A stretch of DNA of 64,000 bases from Octopus vulgaris (taxonomy: Eukaryota). Below, one piece after another: positions 25,292 through 41,475 of this stretch (its first letter is position 1; each line of letters begins with the position of its first letter). The position numbers and the translations under genes are program-made. Below the pieces are notes generated by a model. It was given only the letters and a program-made list of their open reading frames with translations. It did not search any database and was not told the DNA's origin. Location: contig OX597822.1 in the NCBI GenBank assembly GCA_951406725.2, forward strand, positions 28,954,001 to 29,018,000, given 5' to 3'.

Positions 25292-26807
25292 TCAAAACTA
25301 TGTTAATATTTTAGATGTTTTTACACTTAAAATATGCAGTGTTTCCCAACCTATTTTCCTAGGCCCCACTATAACTTTCCAAGAAATTGTCCCACTAGTG
25401 GTTGGAAAAAAACTGTTTTAATATTTTATCACAATTATTTAATACAAAATAATCAACTATTAAGTACCGAGATAATAAAAATACATTTTTGACTAAGAAA
25501 AAGTATTTTCACAATTCCATGTCTCACTAAAAATCTTAAAAATTAAAATTTGGATCCCATGCCCCACTGGTAGGTGTATACCCCCATGTCAGGAATCACT
25601 GCACTAATGTTATATCTCAAGTCAGTTATGTCTAACACTCAAAAAGAAGGCAAGTCTTTTTTAATAAGCAATTTGAATAAAATTGAAAGCATTAAAGCTG
25701 AATAACATTTCAAAATCTGTTTCTCGATGCTAACATGGGTTGGATGAAGACATCTGAGATAATATTATGGTCAGACTCTCTTCCTATTACCAACCCTTAT
25801 TTTACCAGTATGGCTTTTTTTTTTCTTTTCCAAAGAATGTTAACATCACAGTTTTGCCCAGGTGTTGACAAGTGAAGAAACAGAACATCAACATTTATGC
25901 ATACATGCAAAAAGACACATGAAACAGGCCTAGTTTGTCTGCCAGTTCCACTCACAAGGCATTGTTCAGTCTGAGACTATAACAGAAGACACTTGCCCAT
26001 GGGTCATGCAGGGAAAGAGAACTCAAGTTCACAGGGTTACAAAACAAACTCCAAAACCACACAGCCATGCCTATGTAAAGTGTTCAAGTGCATCTTTGTT
26101 TTAACACTAAATATAAAATACATTTCATCCAACAGGTAAGGAACAAGTAACACAGTAAGAGAATAAAAGAACCTACTGATTTCATAAAAGTGCTTTGTAT
26201 ATTACACCTTGCTATGGATGACAAATTGAAGTCTAAATTACACACCACATTACATTTACTATGACTCAAAAATACAAGGTTTGCAATTTACACAAATATG
26301 CAACTAACCAAGAGGCATTGAGCATTTGTTGCATGAAATATAACTTTAATGTTATTTATATGTAATATTTGTATAAACTGAATGTAACCTATTATGAGCA
26401 ATGGAAACATCATCAAAGTTGGTGCTCCATGAGTTGAGCTTTCTCTTAGTTCTTGCTAATATTGCTTGGAAGAGGAGTAGAAACAAAATTACTTCAGCAA
26501 AAATACAGCAAATGTTTCCCTGTCAGGAAATGTAGCATGATTGGGATATCTTCTGGCAAAAGTATATTTTAGGAAAGTGAAATTTATAAAAATAAGAAAA
26601 GATTGAGGTTGATGGAAAAAATAAATCAATGCATACACTAGGACATTTAATAATTAAACATGGTAAATATAGCTAATAGATAAGAATGGTAACATATTTC
26701 CAGTAAGTAGTGTGACGGGAAACATATCTTTCTATATTTTCCAGTCTGACAGTATACAAAGAATGCATTCCAAAATATTAGTGAAAGAGATAAAACAAAT
26801 GTAGTCA

Positions 26808-26933
<126 letters not shown>

Positions 26934-28360
26934 CTAAACAGAAATTATTTTCATTATGATGTAAATAAATTTTGCAATACAAAACAGGTGAGTGAAAGTT
27001 TGTATAGATGAGTAATAATAATAATAATAATAATAATTGTGTACAGTGCTCAGGTGCACTACAACTCATCTAAAGTGTATATATAATCAGGTGAAGTTTC
27101 GGCGGATTTCGGGGAAACTTTAAAAAATAAAGCAGTAGTAAATTGGCTCTTTAAATCCCAGTGATTTTCATGTTAAATAACATGAAAGTCAATGGATAAA
27201 TAAGCTTCACATTCCATTTTACAGCAAGAGTTTCAGGAACACTTCTGAAATGTGGAAGATACTTGCACTTGAAATGGTTCCAATTCCTTGAAACAAAATA
27301 AACATTATTTTAAAGACTCAATGTTTATCTTCTTTAATGATTACTTTAAAATGGCAGCATTTAAAAATGAATCCTTTCAGTACAAACACAAACCATCATT
27401 TCTGTTTGAATTTACATTCTTATTTTAATCAAAATACAATAAATTGTGTTACTACATTAGTAATTAGATTACTATATGGGGTAAATATTTGTATATTGTC
27501 CAACACTGTCACTTAATTTTCTCAAAATTCAGTTACTTCCATTTTCAATTTATTACTTGTAATTAATGAGTAAAACTTAATTAGGATGCAAGAAATAGAG
27601 AAACAGAAAAAGAATTTATTTTGCAAGTTTTCCCAAACATTTATAAATTACAGCATTTGATGCTATATGATCATCAGTTAACATCCATGTTCCATGCAGA
27701 CAATGATTGGACAATTTGACAGGATCCAATAAGTTCAAGAACTGTATTATGCTTCAGTGCCTACTTTGGCATGGTTTCTATGGCTGGATTCACTTCCTAA
27801 CACCAATCACTTTACAGTGCAGACTGGGTGCTTTTGGGGGCTACCTGCACTACTGAGGTTGCCATGCAGATTGCAGGACTATGAACACTAGGGAGATGGG
27901 AGGGGTCAGCCTTGTGCTAAGGGACAAGAGGATTAGTATTACTATATGGAGGAGGGAGGAGCAGTTTCATGCATGGCAACCTGCAGCCCACAGGCTGCAT
28001 ACAACCCTCAACAAGTTATTAGGTTACTAATTTCATACTAAGACAAACTTTCACACTCATTTCTGTATTAGCCACTGAAGGCCCAACAGAGGGGACCGTA
28101 CATGTACAGGTAAAACAAGTAGGGACATAAAACATAAAAGAATGAATGAAAATGAATTATAAATACATGAAGGTGCAATGGCTACTTGAACCCCTCTCTC
28201 TTTCATGGTAGCAGGTGCATGATCTTTCCATTATTTTTATATTAAGACTAAGGTAGTTTATATATGGTTTCAAATCATCATAGTTCACAACTGGAGGTAG
28301 GGCATCATACACCACTTCCACTCCTAATAGGTCAATGTTTGACCCGGTCAACTCCTTTAA

Positions 28361-29762
28361 CCCTTTCGTTACTAACCCGGCCGAAAAATTTTTTGCTTCA
28401 TAATACCAACCCGGCCGTGAGAACTTATTATTTAAATGTAAATTTGAACCCAAATCTTGTTGGTACATTCGTTAAAACATGTGATTTCACTTTGTAAATA
28501 GTTGGCTTATAGTATCCGACATTGCTTGAAGTGATATCTCAACTCAGTGAATTTTGGGAGATTTTTTTCCACATATTTTTCGGCATCGATTTTTCTTCAA
28601 CTTTGAAAATGGATAGGAGTTTCATGTTATCAAGCATTGATTCCGAATTTAAAGCTTTTTCAATGGAAAATAGGGAGATATCGAGAAAAAGAATGAAATA
28701 GGTACTAAAGCACGTGGTGTACAAAATAATGAATGATATTTTTTTTATCCGAAAATGAAAGCAGCGCCTTCCGAAGAAACAAAGCGGCAATGGCGACAGC
28801 AAAGACGATTTTACATCGGAATGAAGTAAAAAAAACTTTTTAAAATGTTTTTATTAGCAATTTTTCTGGGGAGATAGTTTATCTATAGTTTTTCTTAGGA
28901 AGCGAAACCGTTAGACTTTTATTTTTTTCAATATGCTAGTTTGAAGCGATCACTTCGGAAACAAATTTACGCAGAATGTAAACAAACACAAAAGTTTGGA
29001 AAATTTGTGAAGTAAATACTGGGTACTGTTGTGGATTTAGATTTTATACAGGGAAACTAATGTTAGTCAGCATGGCTTAGGGTACGATATGGTCTGGAAG
29101 TTATTGTTTGAAGCGATCAATGTGGAAACAAATTTACGCAGAATGTAAACAAAACAGAATGGGGGATCAAATTTCGGAAAATTTGTGAAGCAAAATACTG
29201 AGTACTGCTGTGGATTTAGTTTTTATACAGAGAAAATAATGTTAGTCAGCATGGCCTAGGGAACGATGTGGTCTGGAATTTATCACTTCCATACCATAAC
29301 TATGGCCGTATATTATTTTTTGACCGATTTCTTTAGTTCGGTCAAACTTGCAGTGGATTCCAGTATTTCACTTTATTCCACCTTTATGGTATACCTGTTG
29401 TGCATTAAATTCAACTGATGATCTAGTGATGTGCACAATTCTTCTTTATCAAAATTTTGTTGCATACCCATTTGAATATTAGCTGATGATTCATTTTCTA
29501 TGATGATGTTTAAACAAAATTTTAATATTTTTACCTTTTGCTCAATTTACCTGGATTTACCTGTAATTAAAGTCACTTTGAGACAAAAGTTATGCAATAG
29601 AATTGATTAAGAACCCTTTCTTTAATTATGTTCCAAATATCACATTAATATGTTGATAAGTTACAGTTATTTAATGAAACAAGCCTAAATTCATGATTAT
29701 TTTAGAATTTAATTGAAACTCATGAGGGGTGTATTTTGGTCAGAAATATAGTAACGAAAGGG
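28361..29762. mobile_element. Non-autonomous piggyBac element, copy 1
   Basis: TTAA TSD on both sides, 14-bp TIR CCCTTTCGTTACTA/TAGTAACGAAAGGG, internal ~165-bp duplication, no transposase ORF. Confidence 0.92.
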
Positions 29763-29869
29763 TTAATTTAGCATATCTTTCCATGTTTATTAGTATAGAT
29801 TTAGTGTTTTCTGTATATTCCTCAGCTGGCAATTTCACTAATCACCGATTTGAACAAGATGATTTTTCA

Positions 29870-30560
29870 TTCAATTACCATACGTTTTGTGTACTGCCTA
29901 TCCTAATTCTTGCAACTCTTGCCGCAGTGGGTCAGCAGGAGCACCCATTCTTCTGATCTCAGTAGTGGAGTGATTTATTGCCTCTTCTTCAGTAACAAAC
30001 CCCACTTCCACTGTGCCATATCTTCTTCCTCTTGTATAGAGAATGATGCAACACTATTTCTTCCAGACATTTCTCTATGGCTTCCTCTACTGTTATCTCA
30101 ATCCTTTTACTGGTTATGAACAGCGTTCTGTAAACCACTGTCCTTTCCGTTTTGTTGGTTACTTCCTCTGGAGGGGTCAACCTTAAACTTGACCCCTCCT
30201 TCTGGATCAGTTCCTTGTACTCTTCCAACTTCTCCAATTCAATTATAACATCCCACACCTCCAGCAAATCCGTCGCGGTGGTATGGCTTCCAGCCACCGA
30301 AGCATAGCTCCCAGCATGGGCTCATTCTGGTTCACAATTTATGCCCCACCACCAAGCCTCTTCGCCCCAAAAGGGGGAAAGAAAACAAACAAAACAAAGG
30401 CCTGTAGGCAAAATGGCAACATTATTCAACAAAATTCAACAATAGGCATACCCGCTAGGGAGAACCTTTCAGAAAAGATAAGGCTTATCTTCATCAGAAT
30501 CGCAAGAGATTTAGACAAATTTACAGTCAACTGCAAAAAATTCAGTGTGAAGTAGGCAAG
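29870..30560 (-). mobile_element. 5' portion (ORF1) of a decayed L1/Tx1-like LINE
   Basis: ORF 29989..30297 (...ERTVVYRTL...), with frameshifted RGRRYGTVEVGF and RVARIRI; resembles Tx1-clade ORF1 as recalled. Confidence 0.5.
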
Positions 30561-31314
30561 TAATATTTCATTTCATGCATATATATTTTATCATGCAGCC
30601 CTCTCCCACTTGAAAATGGTACAATGCAGTCGAGGAAAGGTTGCCCATCCCTGATGTAGAGGATCTGCACAGCTACTCTCATCTAGTAAGGGAAGGGGAT
30701 ACAGGAAAACAAAATGATCAGTAGTAGCTGCAAGAGATAGATAACTCTGATGAGGAGCCCAAGCGACCCCACAAAGTACAAGGAGTGAGTGAGTGGATGG
30801 CTGTGTATCCGAAAGAGAATGAGAGGTGAAGGCAGAATACAACACACAATCTTAAACTCCTTCCCAATTACTTATACCAGCCGAATGGTTTAGTCCATTT
30901 TCTATGGGGCATAGGGCTGGTTTACCTGTTTCTCTGGCATATATGTTCCTCCCTGGACAGGATGCCAGTCCGATGCAGGATTACTCATTTTAGCCAGCTG
31001 AGTGGACTGGAGCAATGTGAAATGAAGTGTTTTGCTCAAGAACATAATGCATCACCTGGTCCAAGAATCAAAACAATCTTACAATCAAGAGTCCAGCAGT
31101 CTAACTGAAATGTCATGTACCTCAACATTCCAGCTGAATATTGGTTAATAATTTATACAGAGATTTTCCGACAATTTTACCTGAACCTGCCTATAATTAA
31201 TTAAAAGAGTTTTAAGATGAATATTAAGTTGCATTTTCTAACAGCAGTCAAATTTCATGCAAATTTGATTCAAAAATGTAAGTGGTTATAAATAATATAG
31301 TAGTAAATGGGTCA

Positions 31315-31581
<267 letters not shown>

Positions 31582-32901
31582 TTATCCTACCTTACTCTTC
31601 AAGAAGAAGAAAAAAATATCACCAAAGACAATTTTCATTTTTTAAACTTTCTTCTGCACTTCCTTACAAAAAGAATTCACAAAATTCTGCAACAATCGGC
31701 AGTCAAATATGAAAAGAATAATAAATGACCGACAAAACCATTAAGCCCCTTACACCATCATTACTCAACATAAACCATACAGTACAGTATATTTGTGAAA
31801 ACCAACTTCTGTTTAAGACCAAATGAAGCTGTAGAGCTACATATACACAACCACTTTGTGGGGCCAAATCTAGAGTAAGCATTAGATTTTGCAAACATTA
31901 TCAATCTTCCAAAGACTATTGTCAATTCATGTTATAGCCCTTGTTGCAGATTTCTACCAATAGTTATTGACTGATTCCAGTATTACCTCCCTTAACCAAT
32001 TCTTTAAGTTTGCAAATGAAAAGATTCTAAAATACCATCTTATTAGGTTGACTTTCCCAGTAAGCTACATTGTATTCTGATTAATGGTTAACATCTTATA
32101 CAAATGAAGTATGCATCATCATCGTTTAGCGTCCACTTTCCATGCTAGCAAGAAACCCAAGGTTTAGGATGAGGTACTAATTAGGACTTAAATTGTATAT
32201 ACTAGAAACACCACTATGAATCCAAGTGCCATGATTTCACTTAAATATTTTACTTGCATTTATAAATTGCAAGCAAACACATACTTTCAATCCACCTTCC
32301 TTTTGATGTGCGCAGGTTTACGCAATTAGATTGTTACCTAACCATCCATTGAATCCCCAGCACAAAATATTGTGATAATATCAGCCATAATGGATATATA
32401 ATACTGTACATTTCAGATAATATACCTACTCTATTGACAGATATACTAATGCATTTCTTGACTTATGGACCCTTAGACGCCCCCCCCTCTCTCTCTCTCA
32501 GAGATAGTATTGATTCAGGTCCATTTTTATAATCCACTAGCATACTATTAAACTGTAGAAGGTACACTTTTCCAGCTTGCAGACATCTGGTCAATTGTTT
32601 AGCACAAAAAACCTTCAGTCTATAAGATTCCTTTCCATAGAAATCTTATGAGTATCCTATAAAATTTTTTACTCTTACTAGTTTTAACAGCCAACCATTA
32701 AAGTAAAACATTTCAAGCTATCTTGACATTTCCTAATCTTCCATTAAAAACCACAACTAAAGCAATCTTGATGCATTACAGCAACAAGCAACATTTGCAA
32801 AACCAATAATTAAAATTCTACTCAAATTACAAATATTAAAATATTAAATTTCATCCACATTTTTAAGGTGGCTGCTTACCAACCCCTGCCCCCATGTTTT
32901 A

Positions 32902-33060
<159 letters not shown>

Positions 33061-34288
33061 CTAAACAAAAAAGGTTTTAAAATTAGATTTAGTTAGAAAC
33101 ATTAATGAATGAAATAAAAGCAATATATATAAATTTCAGTTATTCTACATCAAAGATCATTTTCATACATGTTCATACTATTATTTCAGCATTAATTCTT
33201 TAAAAATCTATATTGTTACTGATTAATCATTTGTAAACCTGAAAATGTTTGTACACCAAAATAAAATGGAACCAATTTTACACAATACAAAAATAACAGC
33301 AGTATTTAAAATTATATTCAGAAAATCTAAATCTCAACAGATAAAAGTATATTCCTGAAGAGATCAGCTTATACAGGAGTCAAACTGGCTCACTAGCTGT
33401 ATATTATATAAAACCATATTCCTGAACTATCCAGCTTCTAGAGATTCTCTGTAATACTGTGCAATATATTGAATAATCAGACTGACTTTTAAGTTCCTTA
33501 ATTTACAAAGTGTGTTAAAAATTGTTCTTTACTTTTTTTATGTGGATTGATAAAGATTCAATATATTGCTTTACACGTGTATTGATTTGTATGTACTTAT
33601 ATCTGTTAAAATCATGCCCTTTACTTTTTTCTTCATTTAATTTTGAACCTGTAAACATACTGTATACATGGTTTAGTATGATATATTTTTAAAATTTTTA
33701 AGTGAATTAATAAATATCAAATAGACCCTGCTTCAGGAGTTTACTTTTTTAATACTAGTTTTTTTTTTTGTTGTTTTTTTTTTACAGTATATATTAAAGT
33801 ATATTGTATTAAGGTTGTCTCCAAAATATGGGAAAAAGCCAGAAATCTAGACTAGTTCAGTCTGATATTGTGCTATCATATACAAGACAAAAACTACATA
33901 CACATTTTTCCTTATTTCTTTAAATTCAGACAGGAATTAGTATACAGTGAACCATTTTATGGTAGATATTTTCATATCTTAATATAATTGCTACTATTTA
34001 AACTACATTGTAAACTAAACAATGAGTGACAGTATGGATTTTGTGTCCTTGGAATCTGGCTATTTTCCCTTACCTTTATTTTATTTTTTAATTTCAATTT
34101 CCAGTATTGTACTAAATACACTAAGTAAATTCTTTTATATTGTACTTAAGAATTAAAACTAGCTACTGATGAAAGGATAAGTACATCAAGACTATCAAAT
34201 GCTCAGCATATGTAACTGAACATGTAATAACCTAGATAAATCAGTATAAAACTGAAGCAGCTAAAGTGTAAAGTGATACAGTAATTCA

Positions 34289-34513
<225 letters not shown>

Positions 34514-35163
34514 TTACTCGTTAAAAATCTATTTAATAAACAGTGGATTACAAAAAAAATCCTAAAACAGCTATAAAGTGGAATAGTAGTTGAAAAAACA
34601 GATTGAAAAAAAACTTCAAAAACAATCCTTTTCAAATTCAGTTATGTGCAGTTCTTACATTTCATAAACTAATTTCTTTCATAAAATTAAGTATTCCAAA
34701 ATCTTAGAAATAATTTTCACAGATGCAGCAAATTATTTAATGTTACCAATGGTTAGTTAGTATGTGGTTATATTTGATATCTTACCAGTTTAGCAAATGT
34801 AAATAAAAACTGTTTCTGTTACAGCTGATAAATAATTCTAAAGTTTTATCTGCAAGGTGGTTGGTGTTAGGAAGGGCATCGAGCAAAAAAAACAACCATG
34901 CCAAAACAAACACTGAAGCTTGGTGCAGTCTTCTGCCCAGCCAACTCCTGTCAAACCATCCAACCCATGCCAGCATGGACAGCGTGTGTTAAATGATGAT
35001 AGTTATGTCAGCAATTTAAGCACTACTGCAATAACACCGATCAATTTAAATGTAGATTTCATTGATTTTGCTTTTAAAGATTTTTTTTTTATACTGGTAC
35101 AGCAAACATGGTGGTGAAAAAAATCGAAGATTAAAACAATGAGTGTAAGATTTGTTACACTTA

Positions 35164-35334
<171 letters not shown>

Positions 35335-35467
35335 TTAATGGTTTAAAATGCAATTTTAAAAGCAAATATCTTGAGAGAAACATGATAAACTAGCAGAGAA
35401 TTGTATTCTTAAATCCTTCAAACCTCAACAGAACAAGTCTGCAGAACAGTTCTTTCCCTATTGGTTC

Positions 35468-36731
35468 TAGCTGAGTAAAAAGTAAGCAATGTTTTGAAAC
35501 AAGAAATTCATCACGATATATTTCAACAATGCGGAAATTTTATTCATCAAAGTGAGTACCATTACAATCAACACATTTTTGCCAACGAGTTACAAGTTTG
35601 TTTATTCCAGTAACATAAAAATCTGGAGTTCTGGAGCTGATGAACTCTGAACACACTTCTAGCATCAGTTTGATTTCTGAACTCCTCTCCTAGTAAACCA
35701 TCAAGGTGCTTGAAAAAGTGGTAGTCAGTAGGAGAAACGTCAGAATAAGCTGGGTGAGGAAGAACTTTCTAGCCAAGATCCCTCAACTTCTGGAGTGTCA
35801 ATAGTGAAACGTGCAGTCAAGCATTGAATTGAAGAATGACTGGCCTTCTTCTGTTGACCAGTTTTGGGATGGAAGAGTAGCAGTTTTTTTGTTCATTTTG
35901 GCAATTTCATGGTAATATGTTTCAGCAGTAATGGTTTCTTTCAACTTTTAAGTTATGGTGGATGAGTCCAGCAGTACACCACCAAACAATCACCATAACC
36001 TTCCTTTTGAAGAGCTTGGATTTAGGGATGGTTTTCAGTGCTTCACTCTGGTTCAACAACTGCTAAGAATATTTTTTATTATTTTACAGAACCCACTTTT
36101 CATGACAAGTTACAATACTGTCAAGAAATAGACTGACTGGTTATGGGAAATAAGCAAGAAGCAAATTTCATATCTGTGCATTTTCTAATTTTCATTCAAA
36201 TCATGTGGTCGAGCTTTTTTTGACGTTCCAATTGCATGCAAATGGTTGCAGGCAGTTTGGCTAACTTGTTCTTTTGCCAGTTTTTGAGTGGTTTAAATGG
36301 ATCTTTCTCAATGGTCTTTAATTGACCATCATCAATGACAGATGGGCGTCCACTACGCTCACTATCTTCAAGTCTCAGGTCGCCACTGCAAAATCGTTTA
36401 AACCATTTTCAAGCTGACCACCCACTGGTCATTTTCTCACCAAATGTTTTGTTGAGATTGCGAGCAATTACAGCTACTTTATGTCCATTTTTGAAGTTGA
36501 AAAGCAAAATTGCTCGAATATCGTGCTCTGACAGTTTCATTTCAGATGATTGTAACAACAGTGAAAAGAAAAAAATCCATGTTAATTTATTGATGCATTT
36601 GGGCAAGTATATGCCTGTATTATCAGACAATTGCAAAAGTAAATGTTTAAAAAAAAATTCAAAACTCTGCAAAAATCCTGTACAAATTCTTCATGGTTCA
36701 AAACATTGCTTACTTTTTACTCAACCTGATA
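35468..36731 (-). mobile_element. Full-length but degenerate mariner transposon
   Basis: 27-bp perfect inverted repeat (35472-35498 and 36697-36723); MKLSEHDIRAILLFNFKNGHK...KWFKRF...LEDSERSGRPS and PHPAYS..SPTDYHFF remnants with stops and frameshifts. Confidence 0.92.
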
Positions 36732-37407
36732 AGTATTAGTTTCTATAAGCTATCCTACAAGTTAACTTTTGTCTACTTCACACTTAAAGTAATGCCTTTT
36801 AATTTCTTTGCAAGCCTAAAATTTTGTAGAACAGTTTGTGGGGTTTTTTTTATTTATGAATCATTAAATTTTGATCAAATTTCTTACAGTAACCTCCTAA
36901 AATGTATGTACACAGGCTACTAGATTTGCAATTAGGCTTTTAATAACAATGTCCTCTTGACTTATTCTAAGGTTAAGAAGCAACTATCCAACAACCAAAT
37001 CACAAATTGATAACAATTGCAAAGTTAATTTTGTGGTTGAGCAAAGCATCATCAGGTTAGGTAATGATTAATTAGCTCTGTGTTAACAAGTAGCAATCTA
37101 AAGTGCTAAAACCATGCTTCTAGATGTTTGTCAGTTGTTTCTTCCACAATACTAAACACTGAAGAAGTTCACTTGGTAAGTTCTTTAAGAGATACCCAGA
37201 CAGTCACATGCTGGTTTTTATTGTGGAGGTTGAGTTCGTCATTTTGGGATTTAATGTTTTCATTATATCTGTTAAAATACACTATCATTGTTTCAAAATT
37301 ATTTTCTAATACTTTTATTTCATCTTATTTAATATTAAAAGCATCTTAAAAGAATCCATTTTCATCTGCATGTTAAGTAATTTATCTCAAAACAATTTAA
37401 ATAATTA

Positions 37408-37548
<141 letters not shown>

Positions 37549-37756
37549 TTAATTTTAAAAATTAGTTCAAATTCTCAGAGGTAGCATCTAGTCAACAAAA
37601 TCAACTCACTCAAATTTATCAAAATGGACCAAATATATATATATATATAACTGGTAAAAATTAGACACAGAAGGCACCTTGAGCAAGTACCTTCTACTGT
37701 AGCCTCAGGTCAATGCATTGTTAGAAGTGGCACATGGAAACTGTATAGAAGTCATT

Positions 37757-37789
<33 letters not shown>

Positions 37790-38644
37790 TTTTCTTGTGT
37801 CTAGGGATTATAGCAATGACAATAAATTACCTCAAGCTCTGCACTTGAGTGGAATAAAATCATTTTTTAAAGCTTCCCTTAATTTTAAAACAGTTGAAGG
37901 TGAGCAGTAAAACAATGCTTCAATGTGTATTCATTCCTCCAACCAATACTTGCATGGTAAAATGGACAGAGTACGAGAATTGCTTTTCATCAGCGATATA
38001 AAACTTGGAAGTCAATACAACCACTAATCACTATCTGATACAAGATGGAGGATGGAGTGCCGATGTAGTTGGACTGCCATTAGGACCTTGGCCTGCAGCA
38101 GAAGGCCATGCATTCCATGGCACAGGAGCACTGCAGAATTATACACATAACAGATAGCAGGATTGCATTCCTGATGTAGAGATCTTGCGGTGGGCCTCTA
38201 TTACTTCATCACAGCTGAACTTTATTACCTCCACAGATGGTGGGCAGCAGGCTCCAAAAGGCAGATGCTGAACTGCATCAGGATCTGAAGGGGCTATGAT
38301 GGCCAGGAGTTGCGACACATATGCTGAAGAGATATATGAACTCCAGCATCTCCCCAGACACCTAGGAGAAGGCCCCATAGCATGATGAATGGCACCAATT
38401 GCTGAAGCTTGTAATTTCAGCCATTGAAGAGAAAAAGAGAACATGAGAAAGAACATGAAAGATCACATGAAAGGCAACTCTTTCGTAGCACCAAGTAGCT
38501 TTACCTGTGGCAGATCAAGAGCAGACCTTGTGGCCCACATGCAAGCCTGCCAGAGATGATTACTGAACAAAACCAGTCAATGTTGACCTATGATGAACAG
38601 TGAACAAGTCACTAGATTACAAATATAAAAAACATAATACTTAC

Positions 38645-38718
38645 TGGCATATCAATAGGTCCTTGCTCATACAGAGCATTCAAAATGGGAACCAAGAAGG
38701 CAGCGGTTTTGCCAGAAC
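38645..38718 (-). CDS. DDX3: DDX3 exon, motif I (GSGKTAAFLVPILNALYEQGPIDMP)
   Basis: TAG acceptor, GTAAG donor; Walker A GSGKT. Confidence 0.96.
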
Positions 38719-38805
38719 CTAGAAAAAGAATTCAAGAGTTAAAACAAAATAAAATTTATTTTAATTCAAAGTAATTTTGTAAATGTTTCGTTCCTTCAAA
38801 AGTCA

Positions 38806-39006
<201 letters not shown>

Positions 39007-39437
39007 TCAAAAACCTATACGGGATGTTTTTTTTTTATGTATATAAAATGGCAAAATTTTACATTCATTTGGCTCAGTAAAAAAATATCGTAATTTCATA
39101 GTCATCGTTTAACATCTGCCTTTCATGCTAACATGGATTAGATGGTTTGACAAGAGCAGGCCAGACAGAAGCTTGCTTATGTGTGTTTTTGCAGGTTTTT
39201 TACAGCTGGTTGCCTTTCCTAACACTAACCACTTAAGCAGAGTGGACCGAGTGCTTTTTACATAGCACAAGCGCAGAAAGGTCAGTTTTTGCAAGGTTTT
39301 TACAGCTGGATGCTCTTCCAAATGCCAACCACTTTACAGTGTGGACTAGATGCTTTTTATGTGGCATCGTCATATAAGAATTACTTCAATTGGTAAAAAG
39401 GTTAAGCAATCAACCAACATCCACTAGTTTCCAGTCA

Positions 39438-39626
<189 letters not shown>

Positions 39627-40964
39627 TTAATTTGTGATTAAATACAAACACATTCAAACTTAAAAGAATATTTATTTCAACTCATGCAAACCCCTTACCC
39701 ACTAATATTCAATTGACCACTATTCCAAAACTAAAATTTACTTTTTAACAAAATTCACTCACTTTCTGCTGTTTTAAAAAGCCTTTCTATTAGAATGAAA
39801 AAAAGCCACTGAAGTATCAGAAGACTGTTTTGAATTCAGAGGAATGTAAGCAAATACTGAGATCAAGCTACAAACTCCTCCAATCTAAGAGATAAAATGT
39901 AAAGTTTTAAAAGTACAATCAAAATTATAACTGACAGTTTTATGTCTGAATCCCACTCAGAAAACAGCAGTCGTGACAGTAAGGAGGTTTTCACAATAAG
40001 TGTTAGCCATTCCTGGAAATGTTGCCACACAAAAGACTAAAACGAGTGATGAGTCAAGACTCAATGAAGCCAGTTAGATGAATAGGAAATAAAACTGAGA
40101 AAGGTTCAGGAATGGCTGTGTGATTAAGAGGCTTCTTTTCCAACCATGACATCTTGGGCTTAGTCCCACAATGTAACAACTTGGACAAGTGTACTCTACT
40201 ATAGCCTTGATCCAACCAAAGCCTACGGGTGGATTGGGTAGATGGAAACAAACAAACAAACCTGTTGTATGTTTGTGCATACCATCATCTTGACATCATA
40301 CAATGATTGTCAAAAAGCACCATCATACAATAGTGTTTGTTTAATATTTGATGGTGAAACATTACCTTGCTTAGAAAACAAGTGTATCCAACTCATGCAA
40401 GAATGAAAAGTGGTTAGTAAAATGATAAATGCAGGAATTAAGATCAAAATTGTATTTTATGATCAACTTTTTTCATTGACATTATATTGCCCATCTAATG
40501 AAAAACTTCACACCGTGTTCCTACCTCAAAGAAACCTAGCAAAACTTGTATTAAGCTATTTGATTCATTTTGTAATAAAAAAAGTCAATGCTTTGATCTA
40601 CTGTTACCAAAGCCACAGTTATTGTTCTAAAATATTTCAGTTAACTCCTGTGTTACCTCTCATCCTCCAAGCTCACAGAGTGGGAGGGTCTTTCTGAGCC
40701 AGAATCTTACAGCCAGTTGTCTTTCCTGACACTAACCACTCTAAAGATGGGACTTTTCGCCCTGCTGTGTAAGCCTGTTTAGGTAGTAGAAAACTCAAGG
40801 GCTGTCTTGAGCTGCACACACTAGCTGTCCACTGCTAAATATGTTTCATTACATATTTTCATAAACAAGATAGTGATCGTTTTGTTCAGAAAACTAATTC
40901 TAGAAGAATATAATTCAGCAAATCTATGTTCTATCAAAGCCAATGATTGTTACAAAACACTCAC

Positions 40965-41240
40965 TATTCTAATTTTTCATTCTTTTGTAGAGGTACAGAC
41001 CAATCTTCTTTTTTGCCGTAATCGTCATTTTTCCAGCGATTGTCACTTCTGTTGTCCCAACGATTACCATTACCCCAGTTTCCACCACCACCACCACCAC
41101 CACCGCCTCCACCACCTCCGCGGTTGTCCTCACTACCTAAATTATCCCATCTACTTGGGAAAGGTCGTTGTGGTGGTGGTGGTAAACTGCCTTGTCTGTC
41201 TTGTCTATTGCTACTCCAGCGGTTATCATTCATGGGAGCC
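40965..41240 (-). CDS. DDX3: DDX3 N-terminal low-complexity exon (APMNDNRW...poly-Gly...EDWSVPLQKNEKLE)
   Basis: CAG acceptor, GTGAGT donor; DWS.PL...E.LE precedes ELF as in DDX3; phase 2-2. Confidence 0.92.
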
Positions 41241-41475
41241 CTGTAAAAAGAAAGAAAAATTTATAGCAAGAAACAGGAATGATATTCTATGAAATGTTAA
41301 CTTAATTGAAAATTTTAAAAAACAAATTCACTCACTATGAATCTTAAATTTAAAAACTATTTTGAACTGATTTATATCCTATACATTAAACACATTTCCT
41401 TTGCAACAATGAAAAATATAAATAATCAATTTCAATTAAGTAATTAGCAATACAGATAATTTATGAACAGTTTAA

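Noticed and set aside
28539-28802. ORF repeated at 41716-41916 as a possible duplicated small gene
   Set aside because: Lies inside the piggyBac copies, has different ends in the two copies and shows no transposase motifs
40964-41233. Stand-alone 89-aa Gly-rich ORF, or a premature stop in DDX3
   Set aside because: The TAG overlaps the donor (TA|GTGAGT); splicing gives TAT and continues in frame
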